This document shows positions 26,871 to 38,309 of a stretch of 64,000 nucleotides of DNA, piece by piece. The DNA lies in NCBI GenBank assembly GCA_944350275.1, contig CALVOK010000014.1:75545-139544 (forward strand), written 5' to 3'. The notes under the pieces are model-generated. The model saw only the letters and a program-made list of their open reading frames with translations, was not told the origin of the DNA and made no database searches. This stretch comes from an uncultured Clostridia bacterium (GTDB lineage Bacteria > Bacillota > Clostridia > Christensenellales > UBA1242). Every line of letters begins with the position of its first letter. Within the stretch, counting starts at the first letter, position 1. Made by a program: the position numbers and the translations under genes.

Positions 26871-27803
26871 ATGAAAAAAATTAAAGTTATTATTGATACA
26901 GACCCTGGAGTTGATGACACCGCTTGTCTCGTGTTCGCACTTCACGACAAAAAACTTGATATAAAACTTTTGACTACCGTCTCGGGTAATGTTCGTGTAA
27001 AAACTGGCACACGTAATCTTTTGCATATCCTCGACAGATTCAACCTTGACTACCCTGTCGCTATGGGTGCTGAAAAGGCAATGTATAGAGTAACTCCTAC
27101 CGCCGAAAATGTTCACCAAAAAGAAGGCATGGGTGGTTATATTCCGCCAAATGAAGTCAAGCATAAAATAATTAAAGAAGATGCGGTTGAGGCAATGTAC
27201 AGAGTGCTCAAAGAGGGCAATGGAGACATTATCCCTATTGTGCTTGGTCCACACACCAACATGGGCTGGCTTTTAACAAAACATCCTGATATAATCTCAA
27301 AAATACCTAAAATTATCTTTATGGGCGGTTCACCATATGGAGTGCCAGGATTTCCTGACCATATCTCTTTTAATATCCGCTCCGACCCTGAGTCATTTAA
27401 AATTGTCCTTGACAGTAAAATTCCTCTTGTCATGGTGCCATCAGACATGGGTCGAAGAAAGGCTTATCTAACCGAGAACTACGTCTACCAAATCCGAGAC
27501 ACCAACGAGGTTGGTAAGTTTTTGTTTCAGATGTATGATAAATACTGGGAGCGAAATTTCCCTGACAAACGAATAGCGACAAACGACACCTGTGCCTATA
27601 TTTATCTGACACACCCTCACCTCTTCAAGTGCAAACGTGTTGAGGTAACCGTTGACACCGAGGAGACTCCTGGTAAAACATTTGTCAAGTTTGACAGGTC
27701 AGGACATATACTTTTGACTGTTGCGGTAAAACGAGAAAAATTTTTAAAACTGTATGATAAAAAACTTCATGAATTTGATAATTTTAAGTTTGATGATAAT
27801 TAA
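26871..27803 (+). CDS. Nucleoside hydrolase (IUNH family)
   Basis: 310 aa. N-terminal fingerprint IIDTDPGVDDTACLVFAL. Confidence 0.9.
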   Translation: MKKIKVIIDTDPGVDDTACLVFALHDKKLDIKLLTTVSGNVRVKTGTRNLLHILDRFNLDYPVAMGAEKAMYRVTPTAENVHQKEGMGGYIPPNEVKHKIIKEDAVEAMYRVLKEGNGDIIPIVLGPHTNMGWLLTKHPDIISKIPKIIFMGGSPYGVPGFPDHISFNIRSDPESFKIVLDSKIPLVMVPSDMGRRKAYLTENYVYQIRDTNEVGKFLFQMYDKYWERNFPDKRIATNDTCAYIYLTHPHLFKCKRVEVTVDTEETPGKTFVKFDRSGHILLTVAVKREKFLKLYDKKLHEFDNFKFDDN

Positions 27804-27857
27804 AAAGGTCTTATATGATAAATATAATTAACAACAATTAATAAAAATATGTTTCAT

Positions 27858-27897
27858 AAAAAATGCATAATTATTTGATATTTAATTATGCTTTTTT
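27858..27897 (+). terminator. Rho-independent terminator after the nucleoside hydrolase gene
   Basis: GCATAATTA (27865-27873) pairs with TAATTATGC (27883-27891), followed by TTTTTT. Confidence 0.75.
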
Positions 27898-28121
27898 ATT
27901 GTTTTTTGTTGCTATTTTATGTTTATGTAATTATTTATTTTTATTATTTAATATATTTTTATCTTTTAATTTATTTTCTACATTTTATTAAAATGTTATT
28001 TTTATTAAATAAATAGTGTATTTTTATCATTTTTTGGTTAAAAAATCTTTATTTTTTTGGTATTTTTTATTAATTTTCGTATATTTTTGCAATTTTCTAT
28101 TATTTTTTTGTATTTTTTTAT

Positions 28122-29204
28122 TTATTTTTTATTAGATTTTTCATTATTAAAAAATTTCTCATTATACATGACTGATGGGTGCTCTGGCTTATATTTTTTA
28201 GATAACTGGTGATAATGTCTTGCAAGATGTTTTTTGCCTAATTTATAATAGCAAACGCATAGTTCTATTGCGGGCAAAAATGTGTAACAATCAAGATTTA
28301 CAAACCCGCCACCCTCCACATTTGGTTTTGCCTTTAGTGCCTGTTTAAACCAAAATATTGCCTGATTTAACATATTTTTCTTCTCAAAGATTTTGCCTAT
28401 TTCGTAGAGGATTTCACCTCTTGGAATGTCATAGATAAAGGAGCCGAAAAGCGAGGTTAAACCATTGTCAAGTTCGCCTTGAAGTTGGTAACAACGTGAG
28501 AGGTTTAGACAAGCCTCAATGTTATTTTCCACCCAACCTTTACCGCCTGAGAGAAAGACTGAAAACTGGTGCAGTGCCTCTGATATTTTGTTATTGTAAT
28601 AGAGTTCTCTTGCATAGTAAAATTGTTGGCGAGGAGTCAAGGTTCTGCCCTCGCTTAGCATTCGTTTATAAATTGTCAAATTTCTATCGGTATAGGGCTT
28701 ATTTTTATGGCTATGAAAGACCTCTATATCCTCTCTTGTAAGTATCTTTCCGCTTGGAATTATCACCTCATGGATGGGGTCGACAAATCTAAGTGAGGGT
28801 TTGTTTTTGACAATTCTCTCTCTTAGATAGTGAAAAATCGGTTTATAATTGCTGTCAAAAGAGGCAACATAACTGCACATAATACAGTCGCACTCCTCTC
28901 CCTTCTCTTTCCACTCGTTTATCTTTTTAACGGTATCAGGAAGCACTATATCATCACCGTCAAGCCAAATAATATACTCGCTTTTTGCCTTATCAAAGGA
29001 GAAGTTTCTCGCCTTTGAAAAGTCGTAAACCCACTCAAAATCATAGACCTTATCTGTGTACCTGCTGGCAATCTGTTTTGTCTTATCTACCGAGCCTGTA
29101 TCCACAATGATTATTTCGTCGGTGCAATCTTTGATAGAGGAAAGACAGTTATCTAAATTTTCTTCCTCATCTCTCACAATCATGCATAGGGATAGTGTTT
29201 TCAT
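28122..29204 (-). CDS. Family-2 glycosyltransferase with C-terminal TPR-like repeats
   Basis: 360 aa. LSLCMIVRDEEENL...IIIVDTGSVDKT...WLDGDD (GT-A DxD) followed by helical repeat sequence (ARELYYNNKISEAL..., YEIGKIFEKKNMLNQAIFWFKQAL...). Confidence 0.8.
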   Translation of the reverse strand: MKTLSLCMIVRDEEENLDNCLSSIKDCTDEIIIVDTGSVDKTKQIASRYTDKVYDFEWVYDFSKARNFSFDKAKSEYIIWLDGDDIVLPDTVKKINEWKEKGEECDCIMCSYVASFDSNYKPIFHYLRERIVKNKPSLRFVDPIHEVIIPSGKILTREDIEVFHSHKNKPYTDRNLTIYKRMLSEGRTLTPRQQFYYARELYYNNKISEALHQFSVFLSGGKGWVENNIEACLNLSRCYQLQGELDNGLTSLFGSFIYDIPRGEILYEIGKIFEKKNMLNQAIFWFKQALKAKPNVEGGGFVNLDCYTFLPAIELCVCYYKLGKKHLARHYHQLSKKYKPEHPSVMYNEKFFNNEKSNKK

Positions 29205-29458
29205 ATTCTAATTATATGTTAAGAAAAATAAATTTGTTTTTCGCTTTTAAATAATTCTAATAACTTAACCTATTTATACATTTTTATTGCTATTTTCATT
29301 TATTTTAAATATTTTTATTAATTTATGCAAATAAATAAAGTGTTATTATATTTATATATAACATTTATTATAAATATTGTATATATTTCGTCAAAATATT
29401 TTGATTTTTCGCCCTACTATGTTAAAATCATAATATACAAAATTTGAAGAGGTGATTT

Positions 29459-32400
29459 ATGTCTAACATAAAAAAATTATTTAACACTTTTATTCTATCT
29501 TTTGCTATGGTGGGCCTATTGTGCCTAGGAATTTTTCTCCCTACAAATAGCGGTCTTTCAGCAGCGGCTGTCCCACCAACCTATCAGGGCATTGTGAATG
29601 ATAAACCTGATTATTTTAAGGTAAGCCAAAATGGTACACCTGGAAATGTCGGCGAGGAAATATTCCTTATGCAAGGTGGTGACAGTGGAAGTTATATAAA
29701 CACCGTCATTGGTGATAGCCTAATCAAAAATAACGGCGTGCTTAACAACCCTGAGCATACTGAAGAGTTCAACTATGCTTTCACTACAAGCGAAGAGGAA
29801 CAACCTCAGCAGTACTACTATTTTACCTTCCAAAACAGTCTCTCCCTCTACTATAACCTCACAAATAAGCAGTTGCAGACAGGTCAAAGTGGTGACAACC
29901 TTATGTCAGGACAAAGTCTATCAAATTTTGTCTCCTCTCATGAATATGCCTACTCAATCACAAGTCTTGGTATTACCCCACAAAAACTTGATATAAATTT
30001 CTACCTTGACACTGTGAGCGGTCTATCATCACCTCAGTTTTCTTCAAATCACGTCATATTGAATCAGGAGGGAATTTATACACTCGTGGTTGACCTGAGA
30101 TACTTCTACACAAACAATGGAGGTGTAACATTCTCAAGCGGTGTCAAAACAGTTTACTACACCTTTATGGTATTTAATCAGGATACATACTTTAACAGTT
30201 TTGGTCTGCCAAACATCACCCCTTCAACAAATATTCAAAGTTCCTCTCTTGCCTCGACTGATACATACTCAAGATATTATTTCTACAATTATTCCTACGC
30301 AGGCGACAGCGGACTTAATAACTACGACGCTCTTCCAACAATAACCTACAACCCTAACCGCTATCAAATAACAATTGATTATGTGGATATAAATGACTCA
30401 ACCTTTACCTCAACCATCGTCTATGAAAATGGAGTGATAAGTCAGGTCGACAGTGATGGCGAGGTGATTGATGAGGAAGATTACTTTGTTCTTACTCACC
30501 TTGACGGCGAAAATATGAGTATAATCTTCCTAGACATCGGCAGTTATGATATATCTCTTCAATATCTATATAAATCTTCTCTGAATGGCGAGGACTACAC
30601 CTTTGAACTGCCTTTAGATGAACTTGAGAACTCAAATCTTCAAAATAAGAAACAGAGACTATATATTTATGGTTACCAGGCAGTGTACTCAGATTATGCA
30701 AACATCGACCCTCTTACAAATCAGCCTCAAAGTGTGGAACTTAAATCATTTGACTATGACAGCGTCTCGGTTGAAAATTCTGCGGATATAACATCAAGAG
30801 TGAATAACTATCTGCAACAAAACTCCTCACTTCTTGACGGAGTAGCCTCAGAGCCAAATACAAGCAACCCTCTAAACTTTGTAAACTACAAAAATGTTAC
30901 AGCACCTGTAACCTTTGACAATATCAAATTAGAGGCTATGCTACTTGAGTACATAAATCACGGCAATGGTGGAGAGTTTGTCAGCCCTGTTTCCACAAAT
31001 CAGACACCTATCAAGTTTTTGTCAAATGCCACTGTTAGCACAAGTGACAGTTTCATCTACTCGCTTAGGTTTGACGGAAGCCAATACTCCTATTTATATA
31101 ACGACCTTAATAGCGACGAGATTTACACCTCTGATGAAATTATAAAGACGAGATTTGAGGGATTTAATCAAAATGAGGCAGGAATTTATGCCTATGTAAT
31201 TCAATATAGATATGAAAACTACCTGTCAGAGTCTGGTTCCCTTCAAAATACCTATTATCACTATCAAATTTTCTTCTTTGAGGTGACAAACTCCACTCCT
31301 AGTGTGACAGTTCTCGGTGATGACCTAAACGAAATTTATAACTCAGGTTACACAAACAAGGGAGTTTATATCATAAATGACTCGCAAAGCAATATTTTTG
31401 ACGCAGATGTGCAAATTCTTCTGTCTGCTTATGACTACATAAACAAAACGCCATTCTTCCAAAATCAAGATATAACAAACCTGACAAGTTATGGAATGAG
31501 TTACAGATATTTTGATTATGCGACTGATGCGACTGAGAATTACCTAGATTATAACGAAAGAGTTGGCGGTCACTACGGAATTTATATCGACAAAGAAAAT
31601 CGCTACGCAAACGCAAGATTTTCAATTCAGATTTACTCAGCAAATACCGCCACCCCTAGCACTCGCGTTTTCACAATTGATACAAACGAGATAGACGGAA
31701 TTGAGGCAAGGAATGTATCAATCTCCTCAAGTACTACCTATAGAATAGGCGACACAATTGCCTCATATAACTCAAATCAACCAATGGTTTTCTCTTGGGA
31801 TGAAAAGGATAGCGGTGCTATTACCTATGGTTATTTAAAGTATATCCCAATAACTGAGATTAACTATTACACCTCGCAGACAAGTCAGTCAAACCTAACA
31901 CAACTGCTTTCTAGGTGGATAAATGACTATAATATCCTGCCTGTTTCCTATAAGATTAACCTAAACAACTCGTCTGCTTGGACTGAATATAGAAATTCTG
32001 CACCTTACACCTATACTATAGAGTCAACCTATGTGCGAACAAATGCTGGGTTCTATATCCTTGAAATTTACGACGAGGCAGGCAACTCCTCTTTTAAAAT
32101 CTTCCTGCTCGACGACACAAGCCCTGTGTTTGTGCTTAGAGTGCAGTTTAACAATGTTACCCGTACAATTATGCAAAACAACATGAGCATACTTGTCCCT
32201 GAAGATAACACTCGAATGTGGGTAGAATGGGCTGGCGGAAAGGCTATCTACCTTGAAAATGTAGGCTCTTATTCAAGCATAACACCTTACACCTTTACAA
32301 ATAACTATGATGAGGCAGTGCTAGACTTGCAGGAAAAACTAAACTCATTCTTTGACTATCATGTAAATGATGATATCCTTAACGTCACAGATATAGGTAT

Positions 32401-35400
32401 TGCAACGGCAGGCTCCTCTTCATCAATTGAGACAGGTATAAGTTCATACAATGGCAACTATCTCGTCATTGACCTTGATAGTACCACCTATATAAGAAAT
32501 ACCGACGGTGACTACGTCGCATACACTGGTATCACTAATTTCCAAATAGATTTTATTGATGAGAGTGTAAATGAGGCTATTGAGGGAACATATCGCATAC
32601 TGCTTAGAGATATGTCAAACACCTTAACCTCTGCTGACACCGAGTATAACTTCCTCAATAATCCTAGTGCTTTTATATCTTTCAATGTAACCTCTGATGA
32701 GGCAAGACTGTCAGTCGTTCGTGGAGATGAGGGTGAAATTTTGACCTATGCAGGTTTTGACCACAGTGGGAGACTCTACTCCTATGAGGATGAGGGAGAC
32801 CTGTTATACACTCACCTGCCTGAACTTGACGGCTACGACCTGTCACAGACCGACCTAACATATAAATTCTCATACTACACCCCTACTGATACCGACCAAA
32901 AATTGACCGTATCCTTTATCCCACTTTCTGAGAATGGGTCAAGACTTGACTATGTACTTTTGAGGTACTACCCTTATGAAAAGGTATCGGCTGGAAGGGA
33001 TACTGATAGTGACGGCGTGGATGATTTAACCTATTACTATTATGATATTTCAGATACTTATCAAGAATTATACCTTTACAGGCAAACGGAGGGTGTAGTC
33101 GCTGGCGAGGTGGTCTACTTTGAATTAGCACTCGGCACAGGCTCCTCACTGCAACCTGGCAGGTATGAGATTATTCGTCAATATGTCGAGGGCAATGCGA
33201 CAGGTCAATATGACTATTTTCGACGCACTCTCACCTTTGACGTCGACGACTTTGAACTTATAAGTCCGCTTGAAACGGTATCGGCAAATGGAAATTCCTC
33301 ACTTGAGAGCATAGTGGGTGGCGACATTGTACTTAGTTTCTACAGTGGCGAGGGCAACTCCTCAATTCAAGTGTCCTATCCTAGTTATTCTCAGAGTACA
33401 GGACTTAATAATGGTTCTTTCTACTCACAAGAGGAATTTACAAACGAATATGAAAACCCTAGCATAAGAGTTTCAGGCAATAAACTACCTTTATCGCTTT
33501 ACATTCCAAAATATAAGTATACAACCTATTATGAGTATGACGAGGCAAGCAATACCTACTCAGTTAACTTCAATAACAACCTCTCCTATTATGGAAATGG
33601 CACTGTTAGACAGGAAGATGATGGTTACTGGTATGTGTTCTCTCAGGGAATTGCTATCTCTGGACCTTACACCTCACAGACAGATGCTATCTCTTACCTT
33701 AATCAATATGTATCAATTGAAGAATACGAGATTAGGGCTAAGATTGAGGCAAGAGTGGTTGAGGGCGGTCGAGAGGTAACGAGATATTACTTCTCAAATG
33801 GCATTGTCGAAAATGGATATCTACTTCTTTATGAGGGAAATGAGGACGGCATAATTGCAAACAATGCCTCACCTGTAAGATACTTCTCATCTCAAGGCAG
33901 TTACGTTGTCACAATCTATCAATCGGCAAATGACCCACAGAATTCTTTCTACTCTTTTTATAAGTTCGGCTTTGAAATTATTTCGCAAGAACCTGAGTTT
34001 GATGTGATTAATTATGACGGATATAGACTTGAAGAGGTTACCAGCGGAAGTGATGTCTACTATACCAACTCTCACCTGCTCACTGTTCAATGGGAAGTTC
34101 CTACAAGTGAGTTTGAGGCAAGAATTAATGAAGATTTCGAGCATATCATCATAAACGGCAGTCTATCAGTAAGTCACAGCGACATTACTGCAAACGGCAA
34201 CACAAGGTCATTTACAATTGACTGCTCAAACCTTATACAACAAAATGGTTCCTCTCTAACAATTACCATGGAATTTGAGGGCCATAATGATAGTTACTAT
34301 CGAAGAACGACAAAGACCATATACTTTGATAGGTCAGCACCTCTTGCAAACCTTGAAAACCTTATGACAAATACTGAAAATGCAACAGGGCTGTTCTCGG
34401 TAAATTATCAAGAACTATATATGCGAACTTATCAAAACTATCTAGGCGAAGATGTGACTATAACCGCCTCCACCCTTGACCAAGTGGCTAATATGAGTTA
34501 TTCCTACTCAATCAATTCTGGTAATTTCAGATACTACTCATATCTGGTAACAACAGACTATTTCAATACAACCCTTGTTGATACTCTGCGAAATTCATCA
34601 ACCTTTGAGACAAAGTATATCTACTATAGAGAGATACCTTCGCTTAACTCATATAATCAAGTGGACAAGGACTCATTCTCGGCAGGCAGTTACTATAACC
34701 TCACCACCTCAGGCAGTCAAGATTTGAGATGTGGATACTATGAGATTGTCGAGCAAGACTATGCTGGAAACATGACGGTATACCTTGTCTACGTGATTGA
34801 CTCCTCTTTCGAGGAAGATGAGAACGTATCCGACCTTGCTATTTCCTATGAGAATGCTCGTAGAGAGGGCGAGGTGTACTCAAGCGAAATCTATGAGGGA
34901 TACAATATATATTCAAACGGCAACTTCCAACTTCGTGATGTCAACTTTATGTCTGACCCTTGGAGCACCTTTGATGTTCAAATCTCAGGGCAAAGTTCGG
35001 TAAGATACATGATTTCTCCTTGGCTTGAAGAGGGCTATGCCTTTAGAATAAGCATAAGTGCCTCAGGTGTTAACTTCCAGCAGGTTGCACTCTCATCCAT
35101 CTTCTCAAATGTGGAATCATCGACAAACAAGCACACTTTAAGACTTACAGATAGAGTAAACGGAATAAGTTACAACACTCTCCTTTCTATTATGGATACC
35201 GACGACATAACTGTTACACCTGTTGCCGACCCAAATAGAACATCGCTGATTGTGAATATTCCTGTTCCAACCTTAAGTCAATATCAAAGCACTACTGTCA
35301 CCTACCTATTCCCTGTAAATATAGAAATCTACATGTATGACAGCATTTATGGATATATTCAGATTATGGAGGCAAATCAACTGACATATGGAAGTTGGAC

Positions 35401-37903
35401 ACCTACTGAGGAGTTCGAAACCGCCCTATCATACATCAGTTTTACAAATATTAATGGTGGCTCAACCCTGCAAATATCTATCTATCTTGGTGCAAATGCC
35501 TCTCAAAAGATAAGATTTGTTATACTTGACAATTTTGGCAATACCACAACAAATGTTCAACTTGCAAACGAGATGATATTTGACGCGGTGACAAGTACTT
35601 CAAGTCTCTATACTATCACGGAGAGCAATGGTGACACCACCTATCTTGCACATAACAACTTGACTTTCTCCTATAACATCCTACTTCACTCCATCGAAAT
35701 TTATGACAGAGAAAATCGTGATATAACCCTTACTCTTCAGCCATCAAATACTGTAAACAATGTGGTATCCTATACGTTTACCCCATCTACAAACAATATT
35801 TGGGATGACTACTATAGAGTTGTCATTTATGACAGTGATACAAATGAAGAACTCGACACCCTGCATCTAAGGTTATACAATGTTCTGCCTTACCTTGCAT
35901 ACCAAACAAACGAGGTTGACAGCGGTGGAATAGTCTTTACAGATAGCAGTCTTAGCCCTCTGACTAGGTCTGACTTTGCTCAAAGTCCAAGTTATACTGT
36001 AAACTTTAACGGAACACCTTACGTTGCCGACGCATATATTGCAACAACCTACTCAAGAACTGTTCGTGTCAGATTTAGAGATGGACAGACCTACAATATC
36101 GAGGGAGCAAATCACTACCAAGATGGTTATGGATACAGTGTATACCTATCTGCCGACAATGGTGCGACATGGACAAATATCAACTCAGACTTCTCGGCAA
36201 AGACTGGCTATACAATGAGCGGTGCTGGCTCTTACATCATACTTGTTAAATATGACTCTGACGAGGTATTCACAAACCTTTGCAGAATATATCAAATAAA
36301 TATACTTGACTCGTCGTCATCATATTACTATATAACCATTGACGGCTCGCCTATTGAACCTGGCACTATGGCATACGTAGATTCTAACGGCATAGAGTAC
36401 ACCACAACCTATATTGTCAGTGTGGACCACGCGGACAGAGATAACAGACTGTATATTGTACCAAATGGCGAACTTGATGTTGAGATTAGCGGACCTATCG
36501 TTCCTACAAGCACAAATGTGGTCGTTGAAATTTATCACTATGAATGTAGCGAGTCAAGAGGTGACTTTGTGATTATCTATATAGGCGAGCCTGACAGCAT
36601 TGTCTCTCACTTTACGGTAGAGTCTAACAGCGGAGACGAGATGCCTATTGAGTCAAACGAGATATCTAAGGTCATTGTTGATGATAGCAATCAGCAATAT
36701 GACAGGTTGAAACTTAACTTCAATACCTACTACGGAATAGCACAAAACCTTATAAATATTGAAGTTTTAAGATATTTCAATGGAAACTATGTTGAAATTA
36801 CCCCTCAAATATACAGAGGCGAAAACATGAGTTACATATATCTTGAAAAAGCAGGTTCCTATAGAGTAATGCTTTACGACTCATGTTCCCCTGCAAATGT
36901 CCAAACTTTTAGAGGTAACAACTACTTTGACATTATCTTCCTAAATACCGTTCCTTTCATTGTAACCTATACCGACACTATTAGTGGCAATCAGGTTGTG
37001 TCTGAGCGAGTTGACAATGCAGTATATAACGGCACGGTTACCTTGTCACTTTATAACCTGAACACCTACTTCCATGGTGCAGGCTATCCTAGAATCTCGG
37101 TAACACGAAATGGATACAACTATACAGGGTTTACCTCAAGTGATTACAACTATACCTTCTCAACCCCTGGTTACTACTCGGTTACCTTCACTGCAAGTGT
37201 TGATGGAAATACAAACATTAGACAATTGACCTATAATTTCAAAATAATCAATGAAAATGAGTCTAGAAATGCTTTCAACTACACTCAATATGATAATTAC
37301 TATATTGAAAGTGTTATTAAGGACGGAAAAGATATCACCGAAGATTTGATAAAAATTGCAAACTTCCAAACTGTTCGCATAAATGGCAAAACATATCTTG
37401 CTGAAATTTCACTAAACTACTTCGACAACAAGACTGGTGCAGGAAGATATCGCATAACCGTTAACACAAATGATGAGGCATACGCAAATTCTACAAGCGA
37501 GGCTTTCACATTCGAACTCTGGATAAATAATCAAATTCCTCCTATCAACATCTCTCTTGAAGAAGGACAGTCTACAACAGGCACAATAACTATTACATTT
37601 AATGTTCAAAACCTCTACAATGCTATGGGTGACTGCTATATAAAAATTGGCTCGGCTTACTACTATTTCACTGCCGACCGACTTGCAAACTATGGCGAGA
37701 ATTACACAATTACAATTGACCAGACAGGAACATACTTTATACAACTTTACAATATGTCAAACAACCTACTCTTCTCGTATAAAGTCACAAGAGATGAACC
37801 TCTAAACACCTTTGCAATCATGGCAATTGTTATAGCGGTAATTGTAGTTATTGCAATAGTTGTTATCACAATTCTTATAAGAAGAAAACAGAGAGTTAAA
37901 TAA
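29459..37903 (+). CDS. Giant (2814 aa) surface protein: N-terminal signal peptide, Tyr/Asn/Ser/Thr-rich ectodomain, C-terminal TM anchor + basic tail
   Basis: RBS GAGGTGA. N-terminus MSNIKKLFNTFILSFAMVGLLCLGIFLPTNSGLSAAAV and C-terminus ...FAIMAIVIAVIVVIAIVVITILIRRKQRVK. One DTDSDGVDD Ca-binding-like motif. No LPXTG and no domain I can name. Confidence 0.85.
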   Translation: MSNIKKLFNTFILSFAMVGLLCLGIFLPTNSGLSAAAVPPTYQGIVNDKPDYFKVSQNGTPGNVGEEIFLMQGGDSGSYINTVIGDSLIKNNGVLNNPEHTEEFNYAFTTSEEEQPQQYYYFTFQNSLSLYYNLTNKQLQTGQSGDNLMSGQSLSNFVSSHEYAYSITSLGITPQKLDINFYLDTVSGLSSPQFSSNHVILNQEGIYTLVVDLRYFYTNNGGVTFSSGVKTVYYTFMVFNQDTYFNSFGLPNITPSTNIQSSSLASTDTYSRYYFYNYSYAGDSGLNNYDALPTITYNPNRYQITIDYVDINDSTFTSTIVYENGVISQVDSDGEVIDEEDYFVLTHLDGENMSIIFLDIGSYDISLQYLYKSSLNGEDYTFELPLDELENSNLQNKKQRLYIYGYQAVYSDYANIDPLTNQPQSVELKSFDYDSVSVENSADITSRVNNYLQQNSSLLDGVASEPNTSNPLNFVNYKNVTAPVTFDNIKLEAMLLEYINHGNGGEFVSPVSTNQTPIKFLSNATVSTSDSFIYSLRFDGSQYSYLYNDLNSDEIYTSDEIIKTRFEGFNQNEAGIYAYVIQYRYENYLSESGSLQNTYYHYQIFFFEVTNSTPSVTVLGDDLNEIYNSGYTNKGVYIINDSQSNIFDADVQILLSAYDYINKTPFFQNQDITNLTSYGMSYRYFDYATDATENYLDYNERVGGHYGIYIDKENRYANARFSIQIYSANTATPSTRVFTIDTNEIDGIEARNVSISSSTTYRIGDTIASYNSNQPMVFSWDEKDSGAITYGYLKYIPITEINYYTSQTSQSNLTQLLSRWINDYNILPVSYKINLNNSSAWTEYRNSAPYTYTIESTYVRTNAGFYILEIYDEAGNSSFKIFLLDDTSPVFVLRVQFNNVTRTIMQNNMSILVPEDNTRMWVEWAGGKAIYLENVGSYSSITPYTFTNNYDEAVLDLQEKLNSFFDYHVNDDILNVTDIGIATAGSSSSIETGISSYNGNYLVIDLDSTTYIRNTDGDYVAYTGITNFQIDFIDESVNEAIEGTYRILLRDMSNTLTSADTEYNFLNNPSAFISFNVTSDEARLSVVRGDEGEILTYAGFDHSGRLYSYEDEGDLLYTHLPELDGYDLSQTDLTYKFSYYTPTDTDQKLTVSFIPLSENGSRLDYVLLRYYPYEKVSAGRDTDSDGVDDLTYYYYDISDTYQELYLYRQTEGVVAGEVVYFELALGTGSSLQPGRYEIIRQYVEGNATGQYDYFRRTLTFDVDDFELISPLETVSANGNSSLESIVGGDIVLSFYSGEGNSSIQVSYPSYSQSTGLNNGSFYSQEEFTNEYENPSIRVSGNKLPLSLYIPKYKYTTYYEYDEASNTYSVNFNNNLSYYGNGTVRQEDDGYWYVFSQGIAISGPYTSQTDAISYLNQYVSIEEYEIRAKIEARVVEGGREVTRYYFSNGIVENGYLLLYEGNEDGIIANNASPVRYFSSQGSYVVTIYQSANDPQNSFYSFYKFGFEIISQEPEFDVINYDGYRLEEVTSGSDVYYTNSHLLTVQWEVPTSEFEARINEDFEHIIINGSLSVSHSDITANGNTRSFTIDCSNLIQQNGSSLTITMEFEGHNDSYYRRTTKTIYFDRSAPLANLENLMTNTENATGLFSVNYQELYMRTYQNYLGEDVTITASTLDQVANMSYSYSINSGNFRYYSYLVTTDYFNTTLVDTLRNSSTFETKYIYYREIPSLNSYNQVDKDSFSAGSYYNLTTSGSQDLRCGYYEIVEQDYAGNMTVYLVYVIDSSFEEDENVSDLAISYENARREGEVYSSEIYEGYNIYSNGNFQLRDVNFMSDPWSTFDVQISGQSSVRYMISPWLEEGYAFRISISASGVNFQQVALSSIFSNVESSTNKHTLRLTDRVNGISYNTLLSIMDTDDITVTPVADPNRTSLIVNIPVPTLSQYQSTTVTYLFPVNIEIYMYDSIYGYIQIMEANQLTYGSWTPTEEFETALSYISFTNINGGSTLQISIYLGANASQKIRFVILDNFGNTTTNVQLANEMIFDAVTSTSSLYTITESNGDTTYLAHNNLTFSYNILLHSIEIYDRENRDITLTLQPSNTVNNVVSYTFTPSTNNIWDDYYRVVIYDSDTNEELDTLHLRLYNVLPYLAYQTNEVDSGGIVFTDSSLSPLTRSDFAQSPSYTVNFNGTPYVADAYIATTYSRTVRVRFRDGQTYNIEGANHYQDGYGYSVYLSADNGATWTNINSDFSAKTGYTMSGAGSYIILVKYDSDEVFTNLCRIYQINILDSSSSYYYITIDGSPIEPGTMAYVDSNGIEYTTTYIVSVDHADRDNRLYIVPNGELDVEISGPIVPTSTNVVVEIYHYECSESRGDFVIIYIGEPDSIVSHFTVESNSGDEMPIESNEISKVIVDDSNQQYDRLKLNFNTYYGIAQNLINIEVLRYFNGNYVEITPQIYRGENMSYIYLEKAGSYRVMLYDSCSPANVQTFRGNNYFDIIFLNTVPFIVTYTDTISGNQVVSERVDNAVYNGTVTLSLYNLNTYFHGAGYPRISVTRNGYNYTGFTSSDYNYTFSTPGYYSVTFTASVDGNTNIRQLTYNFKIINENESRNAFNYTQYDNYYIESVIKDGKDITEDLIKIANFQTVRINGKTYLAEISLNYFDNKTGAGRYRITVNTNDEAYANSTSEAFTFELWINNQIPPINISLEEGQSTTGTITITFNVQNLYNAMGDCYIKIGSAYYYFTADRLANYGENYTITIDQTGTYFIQLYNMSNNLLFSYKVTRDEPLNTFAIMAIVIAVIVVIAIVVITILIRRKQRVK

Positions 37904-38008
37904 TCAGTTGATTGAAATTTAGTAATCAATTTAACTTGTACTTGAGATTTGATAGACTTTCTATACTTGTAAATTGAAATTTGATAGTCAATTTAACTTG
38001 TTAATCAC

Positions 38009-38042
38009 AAAAAAGACTTTACAAAATTGTAAAGTCTTTTTT
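38009..38042. terminator. Bidirectional rho-independent terminator between the giant gene and rplA
   Basis: AAAAAAGACTTTACA-AAAT-TGTAAAGTCTTTTTT with a perfect 10-bp stem. Confidence 0.85.
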
Positions 38043-38309
38043 GTTTGTTTATTCTGTATTTTGAATTTATTTGAAATATTTTTTTAAATAAACGGATTTA
38101 ATTTATTTGGACTTTTTTAATAAAACGGAATTAATTTATTTGGGATGTTTTATATATTATTAAGTACATTGCGATTTTCAAAATAATTTTTAAAACTCCC
38201 ACTCACTTAGTTACTCGCCTCTTTGTAATGAGGTTTATAGTCTAAGTTTTTATATTGAATTTTTTAGCAAAAATCAAATGAATTTTCTACAAGCAAACGA
38301 AAATGGAAT

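Noticed and set aside
29459-31500. Possible enrichment of N-x-S/T sequons in the giant surface protein as evidence for N-glycosylation.
   Set aside because: I counted 15 sequons in the first ~680 residues. With this much Asn, Ser and Thr, that is not clearly above expectation, so no claim is made.
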